From contig JAJQGB010000016.1 of the NCBI GenBank assembly GCA_021200775.1, positions 191,575 to 255,574 on the forward strand: a DNA stretch of 64,000 nt, written 5' to 3'. The DNA comes from Oscillospiraceae bacterium (GTDB taxonomy: Bacteria > Bacillota > Clostridia > Oscillospirales > Ruminococcaceae). This document shows, piece after piece, positions 63,144 through 64,000 of the stretch (position 1 is its first letter; the number at the start of each line of letters is the position of its first letter). A program made the position numbers and the translations under genes. The notes under the pieces are model-generated. The model did not search any database, was not told the origin of the DNA, and saw only the letters and a program-made list of their open reading frames with translations.

Positions 63144-64000
63144 ATGGCAACCCTACTTGAAATGACCCTGACGGGCGGTGTGCTGATACTATTAGTCCTG
63201 TTCTTGCGGGCGATATTTCTGAACCGTCTGCCGAAAACGGCGTTTATCGTGATGTGGGCGGTGGTGCTTCTGCGGCTCCTGGTTCCCGTGAGCTTTTTCG
63301 GGACGACTGCGGCTGAGACTGTCTCCGAAGCTCCCGAAATCTACACTCTCGAAGCCGTCACTCCAACGGAAGAGACCGACGTCAGGGAGGTTATAACCCT
63401 CAACAGCTATAACCCATCAACCGAGCCCACAGCCGAAACCGCCGAGAATACGGATATATTCAAAATCATCTGGCTAGTGGGAGCAATAGCTTGTGCAATA
63501 GTTCTTGCACTCTCGTATATCCTGAGCATCCGCCGCTTCAACCGTTCTGAGAATCTGGAATCAGACTTCATAGCCTCTTTCCAAAGCTCCAACAAGCTGA
63601 GGCGCACCGTCACGGTGAAGCTCAGTGATAAGACCACAACGCCTTTGACTTATGGCATAATCCACCCGGTAATCCTACTGCCGTCAGGCATGGATTTAAG
63701 CGACCAAAAGCAACTCAGATATGTTCTCATGCACGAATACATCCACATCCGCAAGCTAGATAATCTGCTGAAAGGCATCTCGAGTGCGGCGGTGTGCATC
63801 CATTGGTTTAATCCACTTGTGTGGGTGATGAATAAATTTTTATCGAGAGATATCGAGCTCAGGTGCGATGAAGCCTTGCTCAGGCAGTGTTCCGGAGACT
63901 GCCGGGCAGACTACGCACTCACACTTATAGACCTCGAAGACCAAAGAAGAGGCTACGCTCCCGCCACCACGGCTTTTGCGATGCGAGCCTCTGAAGAAAG
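63144..64000 (+). CDS. second M56 (BlaR1-like) protease-sensor, paralogue of 61153-62583 (runs off the right edge)
   Basis: Absent from the track because it is truncated. ATG at 63144 behind AAGGAG. MATLLEMTLTGGVLILLVLFLRAIFLNRLPKTAFIVMWAVVLLRLLVPVSF..., including MHEYIHIRKLD. Confidence 0.75.
   Translation, partial: MATLLEMTLTGGVLILLVLFLRAIFLNRLPKTAFIVMWAVVLLRLLVPVSFFGTTAAETVSEAPEIYTLEAVTPTEETDVREVITLNSYNPSTEPTAETAENTDIFKIIWLVGAIACAIVLALSYILSIRRFNRSENLESDFIASFQSSNKLRRTVTVKLSDKTTTPLTYGIIHPVILLPSGMDLSDQKQLRYVLMHEYIHIRKLDNLLKGISSAAVCIHWFNPLVWVMNKFLSRDIELRCDEALLRQCSGDCRADYALTLIDLEDQRRGYAPATTAFAMRASEE

Overview
This is a 64-kb chromosomal segment that looks like a Gram-positive anaerobe of the class Clostridia. 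My guess is an Oscillospiraceae/Ruminococcaceae-like gut or rumen organism. That guess rests only on gene content, strong GGAGG-type ribosome-binding sites and many near-consensus TTGACA-17-TATAAT promoters.

I can support about 55 protein genes and 2 tRNAs (Leu-UAG, Gly-CCC). I see no rRNA, CRISPR array, transposase, integrase or phage genes.

Gene content, left to right:
- TrpR/YerC-like regulator with hisZ-hisG-hisD (minus strand); a zinc-ribbon membrane protein; pyruvate kinase; a fucose-isomerase-family gene.
- AbrB/PIN toxin-antitoxin pair, then the two tRNAs.
- ECF sigma factor with a DUF4179-like anti-sigma factor.
- An operon of AsnC regulator, aminotransferase, ispE, PflX-like radical SAM and an ABC exporter.
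- A leader-ORF-preceded ABC / DUF1854 / ABC cluster, then a TrmH methyltransferase.
- Cytoplasmic GH9, aldo-keto reductase, and a PadR-DUF1700-DUF4097 operon.
- HlyD-like lipoprotein, tdk, secreted GH53 galactanase, GH31, and an SDR.
- A sortase-type BspA-LRR surface protein.
- A GldA/F/G-like ABC system plus DUF4340.
- A lower-GC operon: beta-helix exoprotein, 45-aa peptide, Thr/Glu-rich membrane protein.
- A NitT/TauT-type ABC importer with a Crp/Fnr regulator.
- A small-gene islet: 47-aa peptide plus a Myb-like protein.
- A GltD-like oxidoreductase with an [FeFe] hydrogenase.
- AraC, ABC-F, AraC, uxaC, radC.
- A BlaI / M56 (BlaR1-like) cluster with IseA-like sensor domains and a tandem paralogue.

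Most interesting signals:
1. A duplicated promoter plus roughly 160-190-nt structured leader RNA (42601-42796 and 49616-49835). It carries chained CCUCC/GGAGG hairpins that bury the Shine-Dalgarno sequence. I cannot assign it to a known class. Both copies sit in operons that contain a small acidic peptide.
2. A G5 homopolymer that truncates the conserved N-terminal domain of the second ABC gene.
3. An approximately 100-aa C-terminal module shared by two otherwise unrelated secreted proteins.
4. M56 sensor-proteases carrying IseA-like domains, with a gene-conversion tract between the two paralogues.

Everything is read by eye. No database search or folding calculation was run.
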